Of a stretch of 64,000 nt of DNA, positions 14,301-24,970 are shown piece after piece. Position numbers and translations under genes: made by a program. The DNA comes from Eutreptiella sp. 'Long Island Sound 2002'. Taxonomy: Eukaryota; Protista; Euglenida. The first letter of the stretch is position 1, and each line of letters starts with the position of its first letter. The stretch covers positions 82,646,001-82,710,000 of the forward strand of contig OZ038378.1 in assembly GCA_964036045.1 (NCBI GenBank), written 5' to 3'. The notes below the pieces were generated by a model that was not told the origin of the DNA, ran no database searches, and saw nothing but the letters and a program-made list of their open reading frames with translations.

Positions 14301-14425
14301 GACACCCAAAGCGGCCCAAGTCTCACTTCCCGAGTGACCATGGGAGGCCCCGTGGGGCAACCCCTGCCGCCGCAATTGAGCCCCCGACGGCGCTCCCGAG
14401 CTACGTGTATAGCGACCTAGTCGCC
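11347..14425 (+). mobile_element. Duplicate of the 3' part of LINE A (RT to 3' end), copy A'
   Basis: Collinear with 5719-8775 at an offset of ~5.62-5.65 kb, roughly 90% identical by eye. YADD has become YAND (11996-12007). Shares disabling stops with copy A. Confidence 0.9.
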
Positions 14426-14804
14426 TATCAGACATCAGACATCACACTTATATGGACCATCATTACCCTAACCATAAAGCCACCTCCCCCATCCCCCCTT
14501 GTAGTGTAGTACACCCCCCCCCCCCAGTGGAAGATGCCCCCCCGTGGCCCTTCCCTAGTCCTTCCACCCTTCCCCCCCACTCATGAGTGCTTTCTTGCAT
14601 CGGGAAGTATGGAAAATGATTTGGAAAATACCCCCCGCTTGACGTTGTGTGTTTGTGTGTAGGAAGCATGGAAACTCTACCCACTCACTACACTCTTCGA
14701 GGTGTAGATTTTTGTTCTGTGGCTTCAACCCTAGCGTTGTAGGGCCATGAGACACCATTGCAAACTAAACCAACAGATTTGCAGCATTTATAAGCATATG
14801 TCCT

Positions 14805-14852
<48 letters not shown>

Positions 14853-15161
14853 TTGACATAGCGTAGGCACTGTGGGGGTGCCCTTGCTTCAAGCCTTGGT
14901 TCGGGAGGGGGGGTGCCTCTCCTCTCTTTACAGGTTTTTCACCGGGGAGGGGGGAAACTTGAGAGAACTGCCGGGGGGGGGAGTTTAGTCACGGGTGCGG
15001 GAGGCTGTTCTTTTCTTTGTCTCACAGGTGTTTCTTTTCATGCAAAAAAAACCGACAACAATGAAATAATCATTTCACAACTTGCAGGTGTGCCATGCTA
15101 TGCTGTGCCGTGTTGTGGTGTGTCTCTGTAGGTCCCCGTACGTCCGTAAGCCGGTTAGAAG

Positions 15162-18100
15162 CCCCCCCAATCAATTTCATAGCCCCCTCCCATCAATTTC
15201 ATAGCCCCCCCCATCAATTTCATAGCCCCTCCCCCATCAATTTCGTATGCCCCCCCCTTTCAATTTCATAGCCCCCCCCCCCATCCATTTCATAGCCCCC
15301 CCCACATCCATTTCATGGCCCCCCCTATCCATTTCATAGCCCCCGCCCATCCGTTTCATAGCCCCTCCCACATCCATTTCAGAGCCCCCCCCTATCAATT
15401 TCATAGCCCCCCCCCATCTATTTCATAGCCCCTCCCGCATCAATTTCATAGCCTCCCCCCATCATTATCATAGCCCCCCCCCATCAATTTCATTGCCCCC
15501 CCTCCATCAATTTCATAGCCCCCCCCCCCCCATCAATTTCATAGCACCCCCCCCATCAATTTCATAGCCCCCTGCCCTATCAATTTCATATGCCCCCTAT
15601 CAATTTCATAGCCCCCTGCCCTATGAATTTCATAGCCCCCCCCCCTATCAATTTCATAGCCCCCCCGCTATCAATTTCATAGCCCTACCCCCCATCAATT
15701 TCATAGCCTCACCCCCATCAATTTCATAGGTCCCCCCCATTCAATTTCATAGCCCCCCCCCATCGACTTCCTAGCCCCCTACCCTATTAATCTCATAACC
15801 CCCCCCTTATCAATTTCATAGCCCCTCCCCATCCATTTCGTAGCCCCCTATCCGCATCCATTACATAGCCCCCCCATCAATTTCATATGCTCCCCTATCA
15901 ATTTCATAGCCCCCCCCCATCCATTACATAGCCCCCCCCTCTATCCATTTCATAGCCCCCCCATCAATTTCATAGCCCCTCCCCCATCAATTTCATAGCA
16001 CCCCCCCCGTCAATTTCATAGCCCCCGCATCAATTTCATATGCCTACCTATCAATTTCATAGCTTCGTGCCCTAACAATTTCATGCCCCCCCCCCATCAA
16101 TTTCATAGCCCCCCCGCTATTAATTTCATAGCCCTACCCCCCATCAATTTCATAGCCCCACCCCCCTCAATTTCATAGGTCCCCCCCATTCAATTTCATA
16201 GCCCCCCCCCATCGATTTCATAGCCCGCTGCCCCATCAATTTCATAACCCCCCCTTTATCAATTTCATAGCCCCTCCCCCATCAATTTCATAGCCCCCCC
16301 CATCCATTTCATAGCCCCCCCATCAATTTCATATGCCTGCCTACCAATTTTATAGCCCCCCCCCATCCATTACATAGCCCCCCCCACATCCATTTCATAG
16401 CCCCCCCTATCCATTTCATAGCCCCCGCCCATCCATTTCATAGCCCCTCCCACATCCATTTCAGAGCCCCCCCCTATCAATTTCATAGCCCCCCCCCATC
16501 CATTTCATAGCCCCTCCCGCATCAATTTCACAGCCCCCCCCATCATTTTCATAGCCCCCCCCATCAATTTCATAGCCCCCCCTCCATCAATTTCATAGCC
16601 CCCCCCATCAATTTCATAGCACCCCCCCCATCAATTTCATAGCCCCCCCATCAATTTCATATGCCCCCCTATCAATTTCATAGCCCCCTGCCCTATGAAC
16701 TTCATAGCCCCCCCCCTATCAATTTCATAGCCCCCCCGCTATCAATTTCATAGCCCTACCCCCCATCAATTTCATAGCCTACCCCCCATCAATTTCATAG
16801 GTCCCCCTCATTCAATTTCATAGCCCCCCTCCATCGACTTTCTAGCCCCCTACCCCATTAATCTCATAACCCCCCCCTTATCAATTTCATAGCCCCCCCC
16901 CCATCCATTTCATAGCCCCCCATCCGCATCCATTACATAGCCCCCCCATCAATTTCATATGCCCCCCTATCAATTTCATAGCCCCCCCCCATCCATTACA
17001 TAGCCCCCCCCCTATCCATTTCATAGCCCCCCCATCAATTTCATAGCCCCTCCCCCATCAATTTCATAGCACCCCCTCGTCAATTTCATAGCCCCTGCAT
17101 CAATTTCATATGCCTCCCTATCAATTTCATAGCCCCCCTCCATCGACTTTCTAGCCCCCTACCCCATTAATCTCATAACCCCCCCCTTATCAATTTCATG
17201 CCCCCCCCCCTTCCATTTCATAGCCCCCCATCCGCATCCATTACATAGCCCCCCCATCAATTTCATATGCCCCCCTATCAATTTCATAGCCCCCCCCCAT
17301 CCATTACATAGCCCCCCCCCTATCCATTTCATAGCCCCCCCATCAATTTCATAGCCCCTCCCCCATCAATTTCATAGCACCCCCTCGTCAATTTCATAGC
17401 CCCTGCATCAATTTCATATGCCTCCCTATCAATTTCATAGCTTCGTGCCCTAACAATTTCATGCCCCCCCCCATCAATTTCATAGCCCCCCCGCTATTAA
17501 TTTCATAGCCCTACCCCCCATCAATTTCATAGCCCCACCCCCCTCAATTTCATAGGTCCCCCCCATTCAATTTCATAGCCCCCCTCCCATCGATTTCATA
17601 GCCCCCTGCCCCATCAATTTCATAACCCCCCCTTTATCAATTTCATAGCCCCTCCCCCATCAATTTCATAGCCCCCCCCCATCCATTTCATAGCCCCCCC
17701 ATCAATTTCATATGCCCCCCTATCAATTTTATAGCCCCCCCCCCCATCCATTACATAGCCCCCCCCCATTAATTTCATAGCCCCCCCCGATCAATTTCGT
17801 AGCCCTACCCCCCATCAATTTCGTAGCCCTACCCCCCATCAATTTCATAGCAACACCCGCATCAATTTCATAGGTTCCCCCCATTCAATTTCATAGCCCC
17901 TCCATCGATTTCATAGCCCCCTGCCCTATCAATTTCATATGCCCCCCTATCAATTTCATAGCCCCCTGCCCTGTCAATTTCATAGCCCCCCCCCTATCAA
18001 TTTCATAGCCCCTGTGCTATCAATTTCATAGCCCTACCCCCCATCACTTTCATAGCCCCACCCCCATCAATTTCATAGGTCCCCCCCATTCAATTTCATA

Positions 18101-19000
18101 GCCTCTCCCCATCAATTTCATAGCCTCCTGCCCTATCAATTTCATAACCCCCCCTTTATCAATTTCATAGCCCCTCCCCCATCAATTTCATAGCCCCCCG
18201 CCCCCATCCATTTCATAGCCCCCCCATCAATTTCATATGCCTTTTGTCAATTTCATAGCCCTCCCTCCCATCCATTACGTAGCCAGCCCCCCATCAATTT
18301 CATAACCCCCCCTCCATCAATTTGATAGCCCCTCCCCCATCAATTTCATAGCACCCCCCCCCATCAATTTCATAGCCCCCCCGTCAATTTCATATGCCTG
18401 ACTATCAATTTCATAGTCCCCTGCCCTATCAATTTCTTAGCCCCCCCCCCCATCAATTTCATAGCCCCCCCGCTATCAACTTCATAGCCCTACCCCCCAT
18501 CAATTTCATAGCCCCACCCCCATCAATTTCATAGGCCCCCCCCATTCAATTTCATAGCCCCCCCCCATCGATTTCATAGCCCCGTGCCCTATCAATTTCA
18601 TAACCCCCCCTTTATCAATTTCATAGCCCCTCCCGCATCAATTTCATAGCCCCCCCCATCCATTTCATAGCCCCCCCATCAATTTCATATGCCCCCCCAT
18701 CAATTTCATAGCCCCCCCTATCAATTTCATAGCCCCCCCCCATCCATTACATAGCCCCCCCCTATCAATTTCATAGCCCCCCCCCCATCAATTTCATAGC
18801 CCTACCCCCCATCAATTTCATAGCACCACCCCCATCAATTTCATAGGTTCCCCCCATTCAATTTCATAGCCCCCCCCCATCGATTTCATAGCCCACTGCC
18901 CTATCAATTGAATAACCCCCCCTTATCAATTTCATAGTCCCCCCCCCCAATCGATTTCATAGCCCCCCCCCCCACCCCTCGACTTCATAGCGCCCCCCCT
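15162..19000. repeat. C-rich ~20-bp satellite, array 2, with higher-order blocks
   Basis: Same unit as 9542-11346. Diagnostic variants recur (CATAGGTCCCCCCATTC, CCGCATCCATTACATAG), and a block at ~16860-17110 repeats at ~17170-17420. Confidence 0.95.
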
Positions 19001-19128
19001 TTCATTCACAGAGGGGTGTAGACCACTCTGTGAAGTGTACACCCCTCTTAGGAAGTGGCGCGTGGGTGTAGCCCCTGTTAGGAATGGGCGTGTGGGCACG
19101 CGCTGATTCCTGGAGGGGTCTTATTTGC

Positions 19129-20280
19129 GGGGTCTACACCCCCCAAATAATTGACGCATGGGCATGCGTCAATTATTTGGAGGCTGTAGACCCCCTAGGA
19201 ATTGACGCATGGGCAGGCGTCAATTTTTTTGGGGGTCTAGACCCCCCTAGGAATTGACGCATGGGCATGCGTCAATTATTTTAGGGGTCTACACCCCCCA
19301 AATAATTGACGCATAGGGTTGCGTCAATTCATTTGGGGGTCTAGATCCCCCTAGGAATTGACGCATGGGCATTCGTCAATTATTTTGGGAGTCTAGACCC
19401 CTCAAATAATTGACGCATGGGCATGCGTCAATTGTTTTGGGGGTTCAGATTCCCCAAATCATTGATACATGGGCATGCGTCAAGAAATTGACGCTTGGGC
19501 ATGCGTCAATTATTTTTGGGGTCTACACCCCCCAAATAAGTGACGCATAGGGTTGCGTCAATTATTTTGGGGGTCTAGACCCCCCTAGCAATTGACGCAT
19601 GGGCATGCGTTACATCATTGACGCATGGGCATGCGTTCATTTTTTTTGGGGTCTAGACCCCTCCAATAATTGATGCATCGGCATGCGTCAATCATTTTGG
19701 GGGTCTACACCACCCAAATAATTGATGCATAGGCACACATCAATTATTTTGGGGTTCTACACCCCCCAGATAATTGACGCATAGGGTTGCGTCAATTATT
19801 TTGGGGGTCGACACCCCCAAAATGATTGACGCAAAGAGTTGTGTCAATTATTTGGGGGGTCTAGACCCCCCAAATGATTGATGCATGGGCATGCGTCAAT
19901 TATTTAGGGGGTCTAGACCCCCCAAAAAATTGAAGCATGGGCATGCGTCGATTGTTTTAGGGGTCTAGACCCCTCAAATGAATGACGCATGGGCTACACC
20001 CCCCAAATAATTGACGCATAGGGTTGCGTCCATTATTTTCGGGGTCTACACCCCCCAATGAATTGAAGCATGCCCATGCATCAATTATTTTGGGGGTCTA
20101 CACCCCTCAAATAATTGACGCATGGGCATGTGTCAATTATTTTGGGGGTCTAGACCCCCCTAGGCATTGACACATGGGCATGCCTCAGTTATTTTGGGGG
20201 TCCAGACCCCCCTAGGAATTGACGCATGGGCATGCGTCAATTATTTTGGGGGTCTACACCCCCCAAATAATTGACACATG
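19129..20280. repeat. ~52-bp self-complementary (double-palindrome) tandem repeat, about 22 units
   Basis: Unit GGGGGTCTAGACCCCC-CAAATAATTGACGCATG-GG-CATGCGTCAATTATTT(T). AATTGACGC recurs at ~51-52-bp spacing (about 19149, 19200, 19252, 19304). Confidence 0.95.
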
Positions 20281-23200
20281 GGCCTATGGGGGCCTATGGG
20301 GACCTATGGGGGCCTATTGGGGCGTATCGGGACCTTTAGGGGCCTATGGGGACCTATGGGGACCTTTGGGGACCTATGGGGACGGATGGGCACCTTTGGG
20401 GGCCTATGGGGACCTATGGGGGTCTACGGGCACCTTTGGGGCCCTTTGGGCACGTTTGGGGACCTATGGGGCCTATGGGGTCCTATGGGGGTCTTTGGGG
20501 GCCTATGGGGACCTTTGGGGACGTTTGGGGGCCTATGGGCACCTTTGGGGACCTTTCGGCACCTTTGGGGACCTATGGGGGCCTTTGGGGACCTATGGGG
20601 GCCTATGGGGGCCAATGGGGACCTATAGGGCCCTATGGGGACCTATGGGGGCCTATGGGGCCCTATGGGGACCTATGGGCACCTTTGGGGACCTATGGGG
20701 GCCTTTGGGGCCCTATGGGGACCTTTCGCCACCTTTGGGGACCTATGGGGGCCTATGGGGGCCTATGGGGACCCACGGGGGCCTATGGGGACCTATGGGG
20801 GCCTATGGGTACCTTTGGGGACCTATGGGGACCTATGGGGACCTATGGGGACCTATGGGGGCCTATGGAGGCCTATGGGGGCCTATGGGGACCTATGGGG
20901 ACCTTTGGGGGCCTATGGGGACCTATGGGGGCCTATGGGCACCTTTGGGGACCTTTGGGCACCTTTGGGGACCTATGGGGGCCTATAGGGACCTATGGGG
21001 GTCTTTGGGGGCCTATGGGGACCTTTGGGGACGTTTGGGGGCCTATGGGCACCTTTGGGGACCTATGGGGGCCTTTGGGGACCTATGGGGGCCCATGGGG
21101 GCCTATGGGACCTATAGGTGCCTATGGGGACCAATGGGGGCCTATGGGGGCGTATCGGGACCTTTGGGGGCCTATGGGGACCTATGGGGACCTTTGGGGA
21201 CCTATGGGGACGGATGGGCACCTTTGGGGGCCTATGGGGACCTATGGGGGTCTACGGGCACCTTTGGGGCCCTTTGGGCACGTTTGGGGACCTATGGGGC
21301 CTATGGGGTCCTATGGGGGTCTTTGGGGGCCTATGGGGACCTTTGGGGACGTTTGGGGGCCTATGGGCACCTTTGGGGACCTTTCGGCACCTTTGGGGAC
21401 CTATGGGGGCCTTTGGGGACCTATGGGGGCCTATGGGGGCCAATGGGGACCTATAGGGCCCTATGGGGACCTATGGGGGCCTATGGGGCCCTATGGGGAC
21501 CTATGGGCACCTTTGGGGACCTATGGGGGCCTTTGGGGCCCTTTGGGGACCTTTCGCCACCTTTGGGGACCTATGGGGGCCTATGGGGGCCTATGGGGAC
21601 CCACGGGGGCCTATGGGGACCTATGGGGGCCTATGGGTACCTTTGGGGACCTATGGGGACCTATGGGGACCTATGGGGACCTATGGGGGCCTATGGGGGC
21701 CTATGGGGACCTATGGGGACCTTTGGGGGCCTATGGGGACCTATGGGGGCCTATGGGCACCTTTGGGGACCTTTGGGCACCTTTGGGGACCTATGGGGGC
21801 CTATAGGGACCTATGGGGGTCTTTGGGGGCCTATGGGGACCTTTGGGGACGTTTGGGGGCCTATGGGCACCTTTGGGGACCTTTGGGCACCTTTGGGGAC
21901 CTATGGGGGCCTTTGGGGACCTATGGGGGCCCATGGGGGCCTATGGGACCTATAGGTGCCTATGGGGACCAATGGGGGCCTATGGGGCCCTATGGCGACC
22001 TATGGGCACCTTTGGGCACCCATGGGGACCTATGGGGGCGTATGGGCACCTTTGGGGACCTATGGGCACCTATGGGCACCTTTGGGGACCCGTGGGAATC
22101 TATGGGACCTATGGGGGCTTGTGGGGGCCTATGGGGGCCTGTGGGGACGTGTGGGGACCTATGGGCACCTTTGGGGACCTATGGGGGCCTATGGGGACCT
22201 ATGGGGGCCTATGGGGAGCTTTGACGACCTATGGGGACCTATGGGGACCCATGGGATCCTATTGGGGCCTATGGGGACCTATGGGGGCCTATGGGGACCT
22301 ATGGGGGCATATAGGGACCTTTGGGGACCTATGGGGGCCAATGGGGGCCCGCTGGCACCTTTGGGGACATATGGGCACCTTTGGGGACCTATGGCCACCT
22401 TTGGGGACCTATGGGGACCTATGGGCACCTTTGGGGGCCTATGGGGACCTATGGGGGCCTATGGGCACCTTTGGGGACTTTTGGGCACGTTTGGGGACCT
22501 ATGGGGGCCTATGGGGACGTGTGGGGACCTATGGGCACCTTTGGGGACCTATGGGGGCCTTTGGGGACCTATGGGGGCCTATGGGGACCTATGGGCACCT
22601 TTGGGGACCTATGGGGGCCTACGAGGACCTATTGGCACCTTTGGGGACCTATGGGCACTTTTGGGGACCCCCGGGAATCTATGGGACCTATGGGGGCTTG
22701 TGGGGGCCTATGGGGGCCTATGGGGACGTGTGGGGACCTATGGGCACCTTTGGGGACCTATGGGGGCCTATGGGGACCTATTGGGGCCTATGGGGACCTA
22801 TGGGGACCCATTGGGGCCTATGGGGACCTTTGGGTACCTATGGGGACCTATGGGGACCTATGGGGGCCTACGGGGACCTATGGGGGCCTACGGGGACCTT
22901 TGGGCACCTTTGGGTACCTATGGGGGCCTATGGGTACCTATGGGGGCCTATGGGCACCTATGGGGGCCTATGGGGGCCTATGGGGACCTATGGGGACCTA
23001 TGGGGACCCTTGGGAATCTATGGGACCTACGGGGGCTTGTGGGGGCCCATGGGGCCCTTTGGGGACCTATGGGCACCCTTGGGGACCTATGGGGGCCTTT
23101 GGGGACCTATGGGAAACGATGGAGACTCATGGGCATCTAGGGGGACCTATGGGCACCTTTGCGGACCCATGGGCACTTTGGGGGCCTATGGGCACCTTTT

Positions 23201-24024
23201 GGGCCTTTGGGCACCTTTGGGGACCTATGGGGGCCTTTGGGGACCTATGGGGGCCTTTGGGGGCCTATGGGGACCTATAGGGGCCTACGGGGACCTATGG
23301 GGGCCTATGGGCCCCTATGGGGACCTATGGGCACCTTTGGGGGCCTATGGTGACCTATCAGGGCCTATTGGCACCTTTGGGCACCTATGGGCACCTTTGG
23401 GGACCCCTGGGAATCTCTGGCACCTATGGGGGGTTGTGGGGGCCTATGGGGGCCTATGGGGACGTGTGGGGACCTATGGGCACCTTTGGGGACCTATGGG
23501 GGCCTATGGGGACCTATTGGGGCCTATGGAGACCTATGGGGACCTATTGGGGCCTATGGGGACCTTTGGGGACCTATGGGGACCTATGGGGACCTATGGG
23601 GGCCTATGGGCACCTTTGGGGACCTTTTGGCACCTTTGGGGACCTATGGGGGCCTATGGGGACCTATGGGGGCCTATGGGGGCCTATGGGGACCTATGGG
23701 GGCCTATGGTGACCTTTGGGGACCTATGGGGGCCTATGGGCACCTTTGGGGACCTATGGGCACCTTTGGGGACCCCTGGGAATGTATGGGATCTACGGGG
23801 GCTTGTGGGGGCCCATGGGGCCCTGTGGGGACCTATGGGCACCTTTGGGGACCTATGGGGGCCGATGGAGACTCATGGGCATCTAGGGGGACCCATGGCC
23901 ACCTTTGGGGACCCATGGGCACCTTTGGGGGCATATGGGGACCTATGGGGGCCTATGGGGGCCTACAGGGGCCTATTGGCATCTTTGGGGACCTATGGGC
24001 ACCTTTGGGGGCCTATGGGCACCT
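20281..24024. repeat. G-rich 10-bp satellite (GGGGACCTAT / GGGGGCCTAT / GGGCACCTTT) with an 828-bp higher-order duplication
   Basis: Direct reading. Matching ORF-track entries are offset by exactly 828 bp (20424 vs 21252; 20635 vs 21463). Confidence 0.95.
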
Positions 24025-24342
24025 TTCCTTTTTTGCCACCCCTTCACTGCTCACACATTTACCCCATTTTGCCATTTTGGTGTTCAAAGTCTTTTTTACT
24101 TTTGTACTGCCATGTTTCTGATTGTCCAAGGTTCCCCAATGATTTTTCAATGGTGTCCTCCCTTTTTGTTTTTTTCCATTTGGGGGGGGGGGCAGATTTG
24201 ATTTAGGCATAGGTTATTCCAAGTTCGTCTAGGCATTGGACCCTAGACCCACCTCCAATAGACAAGAATATCAAACATCCTCTTGGACAGACCGCACACA
24301 CGACATCCCTTATCAGACATCACACATCAGACTTTATACAGA

Positions 24343-24970
24343 GCCGTGGCGCTTCCTGACGTTTTTAGCCCCATCTGTGCGGCCCTGAGCAGCCGCGCTA
24401 TGCTGCGGTGGCGATCCCCACCCCAAGGGTGCAAGCGACCGCCGCCAATGGCCACTAGATCCGTCACTGGCACGTTCTGCTCAGCCCCCCGCACCGTGTC
24501 CGTAGAGATGGAGGGGGAGGTCTTTGCTGGTTTGACCTAGTGGCGGACACCCCTTTTCACGCCTTCACCATCCCAGTCCACACAGCGGCGGCAGCACGGC
24601 AAGGCAAGCACGCAAGAGACCTAGTCCCCTCCGGCGTGTCCCTCCTGGTTGCCGTGCAGCCGCAGGCGGGGGGCTTGCAGGGGAGGACACGGGCCTGAAC
24701 TCAAATCGGCCCACCTCCCCACCCCTCGACCTCTGTACATATACCAGCAAACGCTAAAAGACGAATGCCCCATTTATGTGTTTTTCACCCTATTTGGGTG
24801 TTGGGGGCATTCCCAAGGGGGCTTGGGCACAACTTGTTTATGCAGTTTTCCACACCAGCTCAAAGATGGAAATTCCCGAAACAAATCTTTTTGGTACTCT
24901 GACAATCAAAAAGGATACAATCTCCTATGTAAAGGATGTTTTAGCCCCTCTTTATGTATTTTTCAAGCCT
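24343..24970 (+). repeat. LINE 3'-end segment plus a ~200-bp unit; direct repeat of 35824-36488
   Basis: Collinear blocks, e.g. AGTGGCGGACAC, CCCTCCTGGTTGCCGTGCAG, CCCCTCGACCTCTGTACATA, AAAGACGAATGCCC, GGGCACAAC.TG.TTATGCAGTTTT and TTTTAGCCCCTCT. Roughly 75% identity by eye. Confidence 0.85.

Noticed and set aside
9542-19000. Telomeric repeat array targeted by a telomere-specific LINE
   Set aside because: The unit has a variable C-run, is internal, and is not a recognisable telomere repeat; the LINE/satellite junction is explained by tandem duplication with shared stops.
19129-20280. CRISPR-like array of palindromic repeats
   Set aside because: The sequences between hairpins are themselves a repeated palindrome rather than unique spacers; there are no cas genes and the context is eukaryotic.
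20219-24206. Very long Gly/Trp/Pro-rich ORFs (578, 486 and 797 aa)
   Set aside because: By-product of a stop-free 10-bp satellite: near-identical peptides appear in all three + frames.
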